Shown here in pieces: positions 44,518-57,559 of a stretch of DNA of 64,000 nucleotides. The stretch is from Dictyostelium discoideum. Taxonomy: Eukaryota. The first letter of the stretch is position 1, and each line of letters opens with the position of its first letter. The notes under the pieces were generated by a model. It did no database searches and was not told the origin of the DNA. It was given only the letters and a program-made list of their open reading frames with translations. The stretch lies in NCBI GenBank assembly GCA_000004695.1, contig CM000154.2:3840001-3904000 (forward strand). Reading direction: 5' to 3'. Position numbers and translations under genes: made by a program.

Positions 44518-47500
44518 TTTATCAATAGAATCAATTCAATTTATTATTCAATTAGATAATATTACATTATTTAAATATAATTCAGAGAATGATTTAATTT
44601 TTACAAATACAATAGATTATTATCAAACTATTTCAATGGATTTGGATAATGAATTATTTGGAGATTCAAACTATCACCTTTTAAAAATAACTTCAAATAA
44701 AATGAAATCATTAAATGAAAATGGAAATGAAAATGAAAATCCATTATCAATTTCAATTGATAATATTTTAATTTATAAATTACCAATTCAAACTATAAGT
44801 AGGTATTTTAATTAATTGATTTAATATTATTTTTTCAAATTATTAATTTATTATTATTTTTAGGTTCAGATTTATATGTATCAATAAATGGTAATGATGA
44901 AATTGGTAATGGTACAATTCAATCACCATTTAGAACTATTCAAAAAGCTATTGATTCAATGAATAATACAGATCCAAATCAAGATTATACTATTTATATA
45001 ATTGGTACAACTTATGAATTTCAACAAGGTGAAACGGTTTTTAATAGAGGAAAAAGAATTAATTTAAAAAGTTTTCAAAGTAATGATTATTATTATTATG
45101 ATGATGATAATGATGATGGTAATGTTTTAATTGAAATTTCAGAAGATTATTTTGGATTACTTTTTGTATCAACTTCAGTTATATATCAATTGAATTCTAG
45201 TATTACAGTGATAAATGAAACTAATATTCAATGGATAGTTAATGATTATCAACAATTGTTTAATCAAGCATTATTATTTAATTTTCAAAGTATTGAGTTT
45301 TCAATTTATAATTTAACATTTAAAGATTTAAATAATGATAATCAACAAATAAATGAAACATTTTCAGCATGTCAATATTCAAATTTGGCAATATACGGAT
45401 TAACATTTTCAAATGTACTAAATCCACCATTTCATGGATTTTTCATTGGAAATAGAGGTTCGACAATGTCACTTTACGATTTTTATTTAGAATACTTTGG
45501 TCAATTTGGTATTAATAATTTCATTTCAATGTTTTATAATAATTTTAAAATTGAAACTGCTGAATTTTTTTGTTTTCAAGCAATGTTTATATTCCAAGAA
45601 TCAAATGTAACAATTAATAATATATATGTTAATGGGTTTTGTCCATTCATAGTGGATTTAGGTGATAATCAACAATTTTCAATTGAAAATTCAGTATTTA
45701 CAAATATAACATTAGATGATAATTATTTAATAGCGATTTCAGCACCTCAACTATTGTTAGGAGGAGGAGGAGTAGATTCAGCGATACAGTCAATGGTTAA
45801 CCCTTCAACAGTAATAAGTTTAAAAAATTTAAAAATTTTTGATTGTCAAATGTTAAGGTTTCTATTATCAGATATTCTTGGATTTTTAGAAATTGATGGA
45901 CTTCAAATGGATGGTATTTTTAGTTTAACTGAATTATTTCGAATTTCAAATCCATTTCAAATGAAAAATTCAAATGTTGGTGGAATATATCTACCAAGGC
46001 AATCACTATCACCATTCAATATACCAATTGCAAAATTTTATTTTTTAGAAGGTACTTTTGAAAATGTTATATTTAGTGAAATTAGTTCAAATATTATTAA
46101 ATCATTTTTATATTTTGATAGTTGTATAATAGAATTTTATAATTGTTCATTTTTAGACTCTGATGATGTATCATTCGTTAGTTCAACACAATCAGAGATT
46201 GTATTTGATACATTCGTTTTCTCTGGTCTTCAAAATGGTATTGTCTTCTATGAAGGGAATGGAACGAAATTGTTTTTAAATAATATTACTATGAAGAATA
46301 GTCAAATTGGGTTAGCATCGGATAGTTCATATGATATAGTTTTAAATAATTCAAAAATAATTAACAATGCAGCTTTAAACATGCAAAAGTATTCAATACC
46401 AATGTTCACATGTTTAAATGAAATTGTCATTGAAAATACATTATTTTACAATAATGAAGCTTTTACATTAATTTCAACATTAAATAATAATTTAACATTG
46501 GTGAATAATAAATTCCATTCAAATGTGTATGGTCCGTTAATTGTTGCAAGTCAAGGTGTATTCTATGCAGATCAATTAGAGATTGTTGGTAGTTATTCAG
46601 CAAATACTTACTCAAGTGCATCAATCTATTTATATACAATGACTTCAATTAGTTTTATAAATTCAAATTTCATTGGTGTATCTTGTCCATTGAGTATAAC
46701 ATTTTCAGTGGATACCTATTTTGATAATTTAAATTTTATAAATTCAACAGGTGATACAATTGTAATTAATTTATTTTATGTTTTGGGTACTTGGAGTAAC
46801 TCATTTATTGAATCACTTTCAACTTCATTATTAGCACCATCTTTTAATTATCAATATTCTGGAATTGAATTCTCAAACGTTTCATTCTCTTCAATATCTT
46901 CATCAAATTATCCATTTGGTATATACACTGGCTCAATGGTTGGTTTTTATTATTGTAATTTTTCACAATCAATGAGTGTGGTCAGTGGTGGTATGTTAAT
47001 GTACCAAATGAGTGATGTTTTATTTCAAAATTGTAATTTCAATTCTAATTCATTAAAAGATGCGATTTTAGTATCACAATTTTCAAATATACAAATGAAT
47101 GATTGTAATTTCATTGATAATAATGCTATGCTGACATCAACAGTTTCAGCACTTGAAAGTAATTTAACATTTACCAATACATTATTCTTTGAAAATACTT
47201 TATCAATAACAATTAATATTACAAATTCAAATGTTAATTTTAATAATTGTACATTCCTAGACAACAATTCCCCAAGTTCAATTATATTATCCAATAGTTC
47301 AAGTATTACATTTAATTCATCGAAAATGAGGAATAGCAATTCAAAGAGTTATTCAACATTTTCTTTAATTCAAGATACTGAAAGTAATTTAATATTTCAA
47401 AATTCAACATTCTCATCTTTATTATTATTTAATACACCGATTTTCTTTTTAAATGGAACTAGAATGTCAAGTTTTAATTCAACATTTTCAAATACCACAA

Positions 47501-50046
47501 ATTTGAATGGTTGCGGTGGTGTTTTCTTTTTTTATAGATGTGATATACTTTTAATTTCAAATGAATTTCAATTTAATAATGCTCATTTAGGTGGTGCAAT
47601 TTATTCAATTTATTCAAAACTTGAAATTTTATATTCAACATTTTCAAATTTACTTTCAACTAGTGGTTCTGCAATATTTAATTATAAATCAAATGTTACA
47701 TTATCTGAAACTATTTTTAAAGAAAATCAAGCAAAACGAGGACCTTATACAGATATTCAAGATACAAGTTCAATATTTTTTAGTGGTGGTTCAATTTTCA
47801 TTTCAAAGGATTACTTTAATACAAATAATATTAATGATGGTGATGGTGATGGTGATGGTGGTGATGGTGATGATAATGATTTTATTTTACCAATTTATGA
47901 AAAGAGGTATCTTTATTCTAGATTTAATATTGAATATTGTCAATTCATTTCAAATAGTGCAATTAAAAATGGTGGTGCAATTTTTAATAATGATCAATAT
48001 TCAAATATTAATATTACAATCTCACAATTTTATTATAATCAAGCATATTTATCAGGTGGTGGTGCTATTTATCCATTATACCCAATTACAGAGAATATGG
48101 TTTATTTTTATGGTGATATAGCACCATATGGTAATTATATTGCTTCCAATATCTCAAGATTAAATATATCATTAGCTCCAAATAATTTTGGTATTCAAGC
48201 TTCAACTCCATTTTTAATTTACATTAGTGCTATTGATATTTTTGGAAATACAATTTATAGTGAAAATCCATTAATTTATTATATTTCATTAGAGATAAAT
48301 GTATATAATGGTAGTGGTAGTGGTGGTTATTTAATGAATACAACTTTAGTGTCAAATGCATATACAGGTTATATTAATAGTTTTGAAATTGAAAATAGTA
48401 AGAGTCTTAATGTTGGTTCTATTTTCTCATTCAAGGCTTCACTTACATCAGATCAACAATTAAAAAAAGTCATAACTACAACAATATGGAATTCAACGAT
48501 TGTAGGTTGCCATCAAGATCAGTATGTCGATAGTAATGGTATTTGTCAAATTTGTCCACCAGGTACGTCAGGTTATAATAGTATAGATTGCTTCACATGT
48601 GCAGATCAATTATATTGCCCAGGTGGTGACGTAGTTGAATGGGTTACTGGATATTGGTTTGATAATAGTACAACAATTGATATAGGCCCACCAATAATTT
48701 ATTCATGTGATCCAACATTATGTATAGACTATACGTGTAGAGAAAATCATCAAGGTATTCTTTGTGGTCAATGTTTACCTGGCCATTCTAAAGTTATGAA
48801 CTACTGTGTACTATGTTTTGATGCCCTTACTTTTTTTAACCCATTCATTGTATTCTTTTTTACAGTGTTTGTATTAATGGTTACAATATTATTACTATTT
48901 TATGATATGCCAAATAGATCAATACTTTATTCAACATTTACAAATATTCAATTCATTAGTATGTTGGCACAGAAATCTTCAAATTATACATTCTTTCAAA
49001 TTTTTAATTTCCGTATTGATTACATTTCTAATTTTTGTGCATCAAATAATTTAAATTTCCTTGAAAAATCTTTTATTGGTTATGGTTCGATGTTTTTTAT
49101 ATTATTAGTTTCAAATATTTTAAAATCAACCAATTTCAAATTTATTCAAAAAATAAAAAGTAAAATAAATTCAACCACTACCACCACCACCACCACCACC
49201 ACCACAACCACAACTATAACGCCAATCAAATTAAAACCAACATTTTTAAATAATTTCATTTCATCATCAATTCTATTCTTTATACCGAGTTGTTTATTTG
49301 CAATTCAAACATTAAATTGTGTATTTATAAATGGTATCTATTATTTATACTATGATACAGAGATAACTTGTTTTGATAGTTTTGAACATACAATTGGAAT
49401 GGTTATTTCTTGTTTGGTACTCGCATATTATTTAATTGTAATCATTTATTATTTAATAATATTAATTAAAAATAATGGTTTTATTTGGATATTTCAATTA
49501 ATTTTACAAAGAGTATTTAAACTTCGTAATATTAATAATTATAGTAATAATAGTATAAATCAATCAGATTTTGCTCAATTAAATTATCGTGGTTTAAATT
49601 CAAAAACAACAAAAACAACAAATAATGTAAAATTTAAAAAATTAAAAAAATCAAAAAAAGAAACAAAATTAAAAATAATTTATTTTTCACATTTTATCAA
49701 AAGATATCAATTCTTTCAAGAATTACAAATAATTTTAAACTTTTTATTTGTGGCATCCTCAACATTTTTAATTCAAAGTTCTTCAAAATCAGAGTTAATT
49801 ATTTTATCATTTTTAAGTATTTTCTTTTATATTCAAGTTTTATTACAACCTTTTAAAAACAAAGAAAGAAATTCTATTGAAATTTTGTTTAGTTTTATTT
49901 TATTATTTGCATCTTTAGTTAATAACTCTAGATTTTTTAGTACATTTCATATTGGTTATACATTATTAGCTTTGTCAGGCTTAGTTTTACTTTTAACAAT
50001 TTTTTACCATTTTAAAAAATTAAAATTAAAAAAAATAAATAAATAA
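44018..50046 (+). CDS. Very large (~1.98 k aa) protein: signal peptide, poly-Ser tract, right-handed beta-helix/Pmp-repeat (GGAI, FxxN) extracellular region, Cys-rich module, ~8 C-terminal TM helices; 2 exons: 44018-44798, 44864-50046
   Basis: Exon 1 has signal 'MLTKMISKWSLLKVILVLLFL' and (TCA)n poly-Ser. A GTAGGT donor / TTTTTAG acceptor joins in phase to 'GSDLYVSINGNDEIGNGTIQSPFRTIQKAIDSM', typical of pectate-lyase-fold N-termini. 'FQFNNAHLGGAIYSIY' and 'NGGAIFNND...SGGGAIYPLYP' are Pmp-type repeats. 'CPPGTSGYNSIDCFTCADQLYCPGG' follows, and multiple hydrophobic helices run after residue ~1290. Confidence 0.7.
44407..44513 (+). repeat. (TCA)n coding microsatellite (poly-Ser, ~35 residues)
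   Basis: Perfect catcatcat... run within exon 1 of the large Pmp-repeat gene. Confidence 0.9.
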
Positions 50047-50594
50047 TAAAATATATTATAATTTTTTTTTTTTTTATTTATTTAATTTATAATTTATTAA
50101 TTTAGTATAGTTAATTATAATTTATAATTTATAATAATATATTTATTTTATATTCACTACTTATTAATAATTAATTAATTATTATTATTTAAATATGTTT
50201 TATATCAATTATTTATTATAATTTTTATAATATGATTATAAAATAAAATAATTAATGATAAAAAAAAAAAAAAATAAAAAAAAAAAAAAAAACCAATCAT
50301 AAGTCTAAAAATATAAAATTAAAAAAAATTTATTTATATTTTTTTAAAAAAAAAATAATTAAATTATATATTTAAAAAAAAAAAAAGGTAGATTAATAAT
50401 TTTTATTTGTTTTTTATTTTTTTATTTTTTTTTTTTTTGGACAGTAATCGAGTTCTCCAAATTGAAAAAAAAAAAAAAAAATCATTTTAAAAAAAAAAAA
50501 ATCTCAAAAAAAAAAAATGAAGAATTACAAAAATAAAAAAAGATAAAAAAAGATAAATAAATTAATAAATAAATAAATAATTAAATAAATAAAA

Positions 50595-51900
50595 TTGAAG
50601 ATGAATTTAATTTTTAAATATTATTTATTGTTTTTGATCTGTATTTATAAAGTGTCATCTGATTTCTCACCATTAACAATCAAAAGGTTGAATGCTTTTA
50701 TTGATTTAGAATACCAAGATTATTTTCAAATAAATTCAGTAATTTCATTTAATCAAACTATTTTTCAAAGTAATCAAATAAATTATATTACTTCACTCGA
50801 TAATTCTGGTAAGTTTAAATATATATAAATTTTCTATTTTCTTTTTTTTCACCTTTTTTTTACTTTTTTTTTTTTTCACTTTTTTTTTTCACTTTTTTTT
50901 TTTTTTTTTCTCCAAATAAAATTCGTACTAATAAAATTAAAACCAAAAATTTTGAAGACTTAATAATAAATGATAATAAATTTAATAGTTGGAAATTAAA
51001 TAAAGAATCAAATGAATTAAAGATAATTAATTTAGAGATTGAAAATCAATATGATATCGATTTACCGTTAGAATTTATAGGTAATTTTGAAAATGTTTAT
51101 ATCACTAATAATACTGGGTTTTCATCAAGTTGTTTTATTTATGCAGGAGTGGAGATACCTTATACTCTTGATTATTCAAATAATGATACATCAACCTATA
51201 AAATATTTCAATTTAAAACAACTCCTTTAAGTTTAAAATTAAAATTTAAACCATCTTCATTATTTCCTTCTTCTTCTTCCTCTTCTTCCTCTTCTCCTTC
51301 TTCCTCTTCTCCTTCTTCAATTACTATTAAAGATACATCAAATTTAGAAACTTTAAATAGTTTATTAGATAATAACTATATTGTATTTGAAATTGATAAA
51401 AATCAAAAATTATTGTCAAAGTTTTTCCTACCAAAAATTCACATTGGCGAAGGATTAAATAAAATTGGAATCACAAGAAAATCTGTTAAAGATTATTTAT
51501 TAACAACATGTAATAATACATATGAACCAATAACAACTGTTGGTAATTCTAATAATGTGTAAGTTTTATATTTTATATTTTTTAATTTTTTAATTTTTTA
51601 ACTAATAATTATAAACTATTTTATAGATATGATCAGTTTTATTTATTTAGAAATAATACAATTAATAATATTTTATCAACAGGATGTGATATTAATTCAA
51701 TGGATATCTATTCACCAGATAGTTCAATAATATTATCTTGTGATATAATGAATACAAAATTTACAAATATTACATCTAACATTTCAATGTTATTCAAATT
51801 ATCAAGTTTTCCCATTATAAATTCAACTGCAATTCCTATTTTAAGTGGTGGAATTGTACCATTATCTACAAACTATGATAAATCATTTTCAACTCTATGT

Positions 51901-51936
<36 letters not shown>

Positions 51937-53275
51937 TTGTGTATATATATTTAAAACTTTTTTTTATATTAACAAAAAAAAAAAAAAAAAAAAAAAAAAA
52001 TAATAATAATAATTTATTATATTTTAGATATTGATATTTTAAATAAAGGAAATGATAATGCTTTATTTAAAATTATATTACAATATTGTAGAAATGATGG
52101 TAAATTTAATTTTAATATTTCAGATGACCAATTAATAATTGATAGAAATGAAAAATCAATGATAGTTAATAATGATAATTACCCAACTAGATTAACTTTC
52201 TCTTTAAAGAGTAGATCAAGTTCAATATCAACATTAGGTTTTTGTAAATTTTCAATCTATCAAAATGATCAATATTATTCAGATTTTATAACAAACTTTT
52301 CAACTTCAATTCTAGAATTTACACCAAATCCAAATAATATAGCAGGAAGAGAAGTTAGAATTAATAATAATTATAATAATTTAGAAAATAAAATTGTTTC
52401 GACTACTACAAATTGTTTAGCACCTAAAATATTAAAAACTATAAATGGTGTTGAATATTGTGTTAATGAATGTACAATTGATCAATTATTTAATAGTGAT
52501 ACATTAGAATGTACACCAACAAAATGTTATATAAAGTATATTTCAAATGTACCACAAAAGATTTACTATAATTCAAATAATGGTTTATGTGAAAGTACAC
52601 CAAGTTGTCCAAACGGTTATATATATGAATCTAATACATGTGTAGCCCCAAAACCAATAATAAATGATTCAAATTCTAATAGTAATAGTTTCAGTGATTC
52701 CTCTTCATCTTTTGTATTCCCATCATTTAGTGATGGTTCTTATTTTAATGAATTACCTGATGCTCCTAGTGGTCCCTCAACAGCTTTAATTATTATTATT
52801 TTCGTTGTTGCTTCTGTATTACTATTTATTGTACTTTTCTTTATTATTAGAAAATGTTGTTCACGTAAATCAAAAGAAAGAGTTAAAAAAGATAAAATTA
52901 AAGAGTATTATAGTAATAGACCAATAAAACAATTAGATCAACAACCACAGCAGCAGCAACAACAACAACAGTTTCAACAATTTCAACAACTACAACCACA
53001 ACCATTAATCCAAAAACCACAACCACAACAACAACAACACCAAAGACAAAGACCAATCCAACAACAAATAGTACAAACAAATCAAGTTATTCAAAGAAGA
53101 CCACAACAAAATCGTCAATTATCACCTCAGCAAATGCAACAAAGAAGACAACAGCAATTACAACAAAATCATGGAGTTCAAAGAGGATTACCACAGCAAT
53201 ATGGCCAGTTATCACCTCAGCAAATGCAGCAAATGCAGCAAAGAAGACAACAACACCAACAACAGCAATATCTAT

Positions 53276-53277
<2 letters not shown>
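50595..53277 (+). CDS. Hypothetical type-I membrane protein (signal peptide, Cys-rich ectodomain, TM, Gln/Pro-rich cytoplasmic tail), 4 exons: 50595-50808, 50958-51558, 51627-51898, 52028-53277 (~779 aa)
   Basis: Four ORF segments on the same strand are connected by GTAAGT/GTATGT donors and AG acceptors with consistent phases. Signal 'MKMNLIFKYYLLFLICIYKVSS'. TM 'ALIIIIFVVASVLLFIVLFFII' followed by RKCCSRK. The tail is poly-Q. No family assignment is possible. Confidence 0.55.
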
Positions 53278-53351
<74 letters not shown>

Positions 53352-53390
53352 TCAACAAAAACAACAACAACAACATCAACAAAAACAGTA
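53278..53390. repeat. (CAA)n microsatellite (~37 repeats) immediately 3' of the stop codon and in frame with it
   Basis: caacaacaa... begins directly after TAA 53275-53277. The same frame stays open to a TAA at 53395-53397. Confidence 0.9.
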
Positions 53391-53525
53391 CTTTTAAAAA
53401 TAGTAAAATACACAATTTAATTAATTAAGTTTAAGATTAAAATTTTAATATTAATATTTTTATTATTGTTTTATATAACTTTTTTTTTTTTTTTAAAAAA
53501 AAAAAAAAGAATTGAATTTGTATAT

Positions 53526-54095
53526 TTATAATTTATATCTGTTATAGAGAGATGAACCAATACCAAATGCAGAACCACCCAATAATGCAAAGAATGAGAT
53601 ATGGGATAAGCAAGTGTGAACATTTTTTGCACAATCATTTTCTTTTTCCTTTTTGCAACAGTATGAACAACAGTTTAACATTTTACTTACTAACCAAGTT
53701 CCACCCAATAACAATGAACATTTTGGTGAAATGTAATATGAAAACATAAATGTTGCTGGAATAATGGCACCCAATGCTTCTGAGGTATTTTGATATTCGT
53801 GTGCAATTCTCTCGAATTCTGGGTCGCCTTGTACATGTGGTGCTTTTACCTTTTTTTTTTTTTTTATTATTTTTAAAAAAATAATATTAATAGTCAATTT
53901 ACTATATATTTTTTTTTTTATATTTTAATTGATTTTATTATTTATTTTTAATTTTTTAAATTTACTTACATTATATCTTTTACGAGCTTCACCTAATTTG
54001 TATGCTTGGACACTCCATAATCCAATAGCAATGGTTGAAATTGCTGATGGGAACACTATGAAATCTGGAAAAATTGATTTTGTATCAAATGGCAT
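53526..54095 (-). CDS. MAPEG family, microsomal glutathione S-transferase 3-like, 2 exons: 53970-54095, 53526-53849 (~149 aa)
   Basis: 'KLGEARKRYNVKAPHVQGDPEFERIAHEYQNTSEALG' aligns with MGST3 'NVSKARKKYKVEYP...DPENGHIFNCIQRAHQNTLE'. Four hydrophobic helices are present. The intron has a GTAAGT donor (plus-strand 'acttac' 53964-53969) and an AAAAG acceptor. Confidence 0.75.
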
Positions 54096-55672
54096 TTTTA
54101 TATTACTTTGTTAAAACTATATTAAAATTTGAATAAAAAAAAAGTATTGATAAATCACTAATAATAAAAAATTAAAATTTTAATATAAAAAAAAAAAAAA
54201 ATAATAATAAAATTTTAATAATAAAAAATATAAAAAAAAATAAAAAATATAATAAAAATGTAAACAAAATGTAAACAAAATGTAAACAAAATGTAAATAA
54301 TTACCACTACCACTATTTTTTATTCTTTTTATGGAAAATAGATAATTTTAACCCCATTTACAAACAACAGTGGGGGCAACACTATCACAAATAATAATAA
54401 TAATGAACATACATTTTCCACTATCAAAACCCAACCCACAAACACACTATTAAATAAAAATATCGTGAATATACATAAAAATTAACTTTTTATATAAAAA
54501 TACAAATACAATAATTATTAATTATTTTTTTTAAAAATAACAACAATAGGATTTCTATGTAATTAAAAAAAAAAAAAAAAAAAAATTTAATTTAAAAATA
54601 AGATAAAATAAAATAAAATATTTTTATAATGATCCATTGATTAATTTTGTTTCAATTTTTATTTTTAATTTTTTTTTAATATTGATTAATCACCGTTTAA
54701 ACAATAATAATAGTTTTATTTATGAATTTTATATTTTAAAAAGTAATAATTATCTTTTTTTTTGAAAGAATGTATTTGATTTGATGAATTAGTTAAATAA
54801 GATAAGATTTAGAAGCACTGATTCCGAAAAACAATAAACTTTTCAAGTTAGTTTTTTTTTATTTTTTTATATTTGTTTGATAAAATCATTTGGGTCTCTG
54901 AAATTACCAGTGTCTTTTGAAAGAGTTAATTTCAAGTCTTTTGCTTTTTTTATATATTCTAAGGTAGCTAGTTTATACCATTTATTAAGTAGGATATTGT
55001 TTTTTTTTTTTTTTTTGTTTTGTTTTTATATTACCAATTGGGCTTTTGTTGTTTCAAAAAAAATAATTTCAGTTTTTTGCAATTCACAATATTCTATTTA
55101 TTTTTTATTCGAGAATCGAACCCCCATCTTACAAATAGTCAAATGTTCGATTCTCGATTCATCCATTATTGGAAATTTTTTAGTTTTGGAGTTCCAAAAA
55201 AAAAAAAAAAAAAAATTGTAAAAGTTTAAATGCATCCAAACGATATTAAAAATATTATTTCAAAACCACTAAATAAATTAATTGATAAAAAGGATTTAAA
55301 AAGGATTTATTTAATATTTTATAACTAAAAAAAATTAGAACATAAAATATTACGTCATGATTATTAATATCCAAGACGTTAAAAAGTTTAATTTTCAATT
55401 TAAAAAACAATAAAATCTGGGGAGACAGATAAAAAATTTTTTTAAAAAGTGGGAATCTAACACTTTTTCTTTGATAATAGAGTAATACAGTTATTAATTA
55501 AATTTTTTATTTTTAATTTTTTTTTTTTTTTTTTATTTTTTTTTTTTATTTTTTTTTTATTATAGAAGAAATATATTTTTTTTTTATAATAAATATTTTA
55601 TTTTTTAACTCCTTTTTTGTATATATATACATTTAAAATAGATTTATTTTTTTTAAATTTTTAAATAAAAAA

Positions 55673-57403
55673 ATGAATTTAATTTATACTATCATTTTGA
55701 CAATAATAATATTGGTTTTAATAATATCAATTAAAGTAATTATGATTTTAAAAAATAAAAATTTAGAAAATTAATTAATAGTTTTTTTGTTATAAAATTT
55801 AGGATTTATTTTTTGAAGATAAAATTAAAAAAATTAACAAATCAATACCCAGTCCTCCAACAATTCCCATTTTTGGAAATTTACTACAAATAAATTCAAA
55901 AGATGTTGCAACTTGTTTTAATGATTTTTATAAGCAATATGGAAAAGTTTATAGACTTAGATTAGGTAGTGTTGAAACTGTAGTTCTAACTGGTGGAGAT
56001 ATTATTGATGAATGTTTTAATAAAAAATATAGAGATTTTTTAAAAGCAAGATATGTTAAATTTTCAAGATATTTAGGAAAAGATACTAATATTTTACATT
56101 CAAATGGTGATTATCATTTTCTTTTGAAAGGAGTTTTATCAAGTCAAGTTACTGTTAGAAAATTAAATAATGGAAGATTGGAATTTAATAAATATATATT
56201 GCAAATGTTTAATAATTTAAATAATAATGATGAGGGGTCAACAATGTTTCTTGCTAATGATGTTCCATCTCAAATTAAAAAACTTATTTTAAAAGTTGTT
56301 TTAAATTTCACATTAGGTATTGAAGAAAATGATGATATAAATTTATCACTTTTTCAAAATGGTTCTAATATTTTTAAAGCTGCTGGTCTTTTTATTTACT
56401 CCGACTATTTACCATTTCTATTCCCACTAGATATAAAGTCAATGGCTAAATCTAACATGATTTCAAGTTATGTGTTTGTAAGAGATTATTTAGCAAAGAA
56501 ATTAGAAGAAGTTAAGAAAAAAGAATATATAATTAATGGTGATGATGATGGTGGTGTTGATACTTCCCAAACACCACTAATCGAGAGCTATTATAAACTT
56601 TATTTACAAGGTTTAATCGGATATGATTCTATTTTATTATCAATTGTTGATATAATTATTGCATCAGTTGATACAACATCAAATTCAATTTCTTTTATTA
56701 TAGCTAGATTAACTAATCATCAGGAAATTCAATCTAAAATTTATGAAGAAATTATGAGTAATGATATTAATAATAATTCAAATAATATTTCATTTTCTGA
56801 TCATTCCAAATATCCATATATAATTTCAATAATGAATGGTAATTATAAATTATAAAATTAAAAAATATTTATAAATTATTAAATTAAATAATTTTTATTT
56901 TTAAAAAATAGAAACATATAGATACTATGCATCAGTTCCTTTACCTGAACCAAATATGACTACTGAAGATATTGAAGTGGATGGATATAAAATTGCAAAA
57001 GGTACACAAATTTACAAAAATATAAGAGGTACACTTATATCAAAAGAGTTTTGGGGTGAAGATGCATTAGAATTTAAACCAGAAAGGTTTAAAACTCAAA
57101 CTTTAAATCAAAAAGGACTTCTTCATTTTGGTGCTGGTATGTATTATTATTATTAATATAAAATATAATTTTTTTTTTTTTTATTTTATTATTTTACTAA
57201 AAATTCTACTAAAAAAATAAAAAGGACCAAGAGGTTGTCCAGGTGCCAGGTTTACTGAATGTTTTTTTTTTACATTAATGGTTTTATTATTTAAGAATTA
57301 TAAATTACAAAATCCAAATGATAATCCAATTGATGATAGAGGAGATGTTGGTTTATCAATGCAATGTAAACCATATGATGCATTATTTATAAAACGAAAT
57401 TAA
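55673..57403 (+). CDS. Cytochrome P450 monooxygenase, 4 exons: 55673-55735, 55803-56838, 56912-57136, 57225-57403 (~500 aa)
   Basis: N-terminal membrane anchor 'MNLIYTIILTIIILVLIISIK'. Pro-rich hinge 'PSPPTIPIFGNLLQI'. ExxR region 'ETYRYY'. Heme-binding 'FGAG|PRGCPGARF' is split by an intron (GTATGT...AAAAAG). Phases are consistent. Confidence 0.8.
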
Positions 57404-57559
57404 ATATTAAACAAAATAAAGATATATAGAACTGGAATTAGTTTTTTTTTTTTTTTCTAAAAAATTATATATATGATTTAAAAAATTAAGGGCCACTCCG
57501 AAAAGCATATTTTTTTTTTTTCATAACTGTTCTTATATCAAATTGTATCAATAATGTTC

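Noticed and set aside
55090-55140. Possible minus-strand tRNA or tRNA pseudogene ('gagaatcgaaccccc' resembles a T-arm)
   Set aside because: It is really a 12-bp perfect inverted repeat (cgagaatcgaac / gttcgattctcg) around a 22-nt loop. No acceptor, D or anticodon arms can be built, so at most it is a hairpin or tRNA-fragment relic between the MGST3 and P450 genes.
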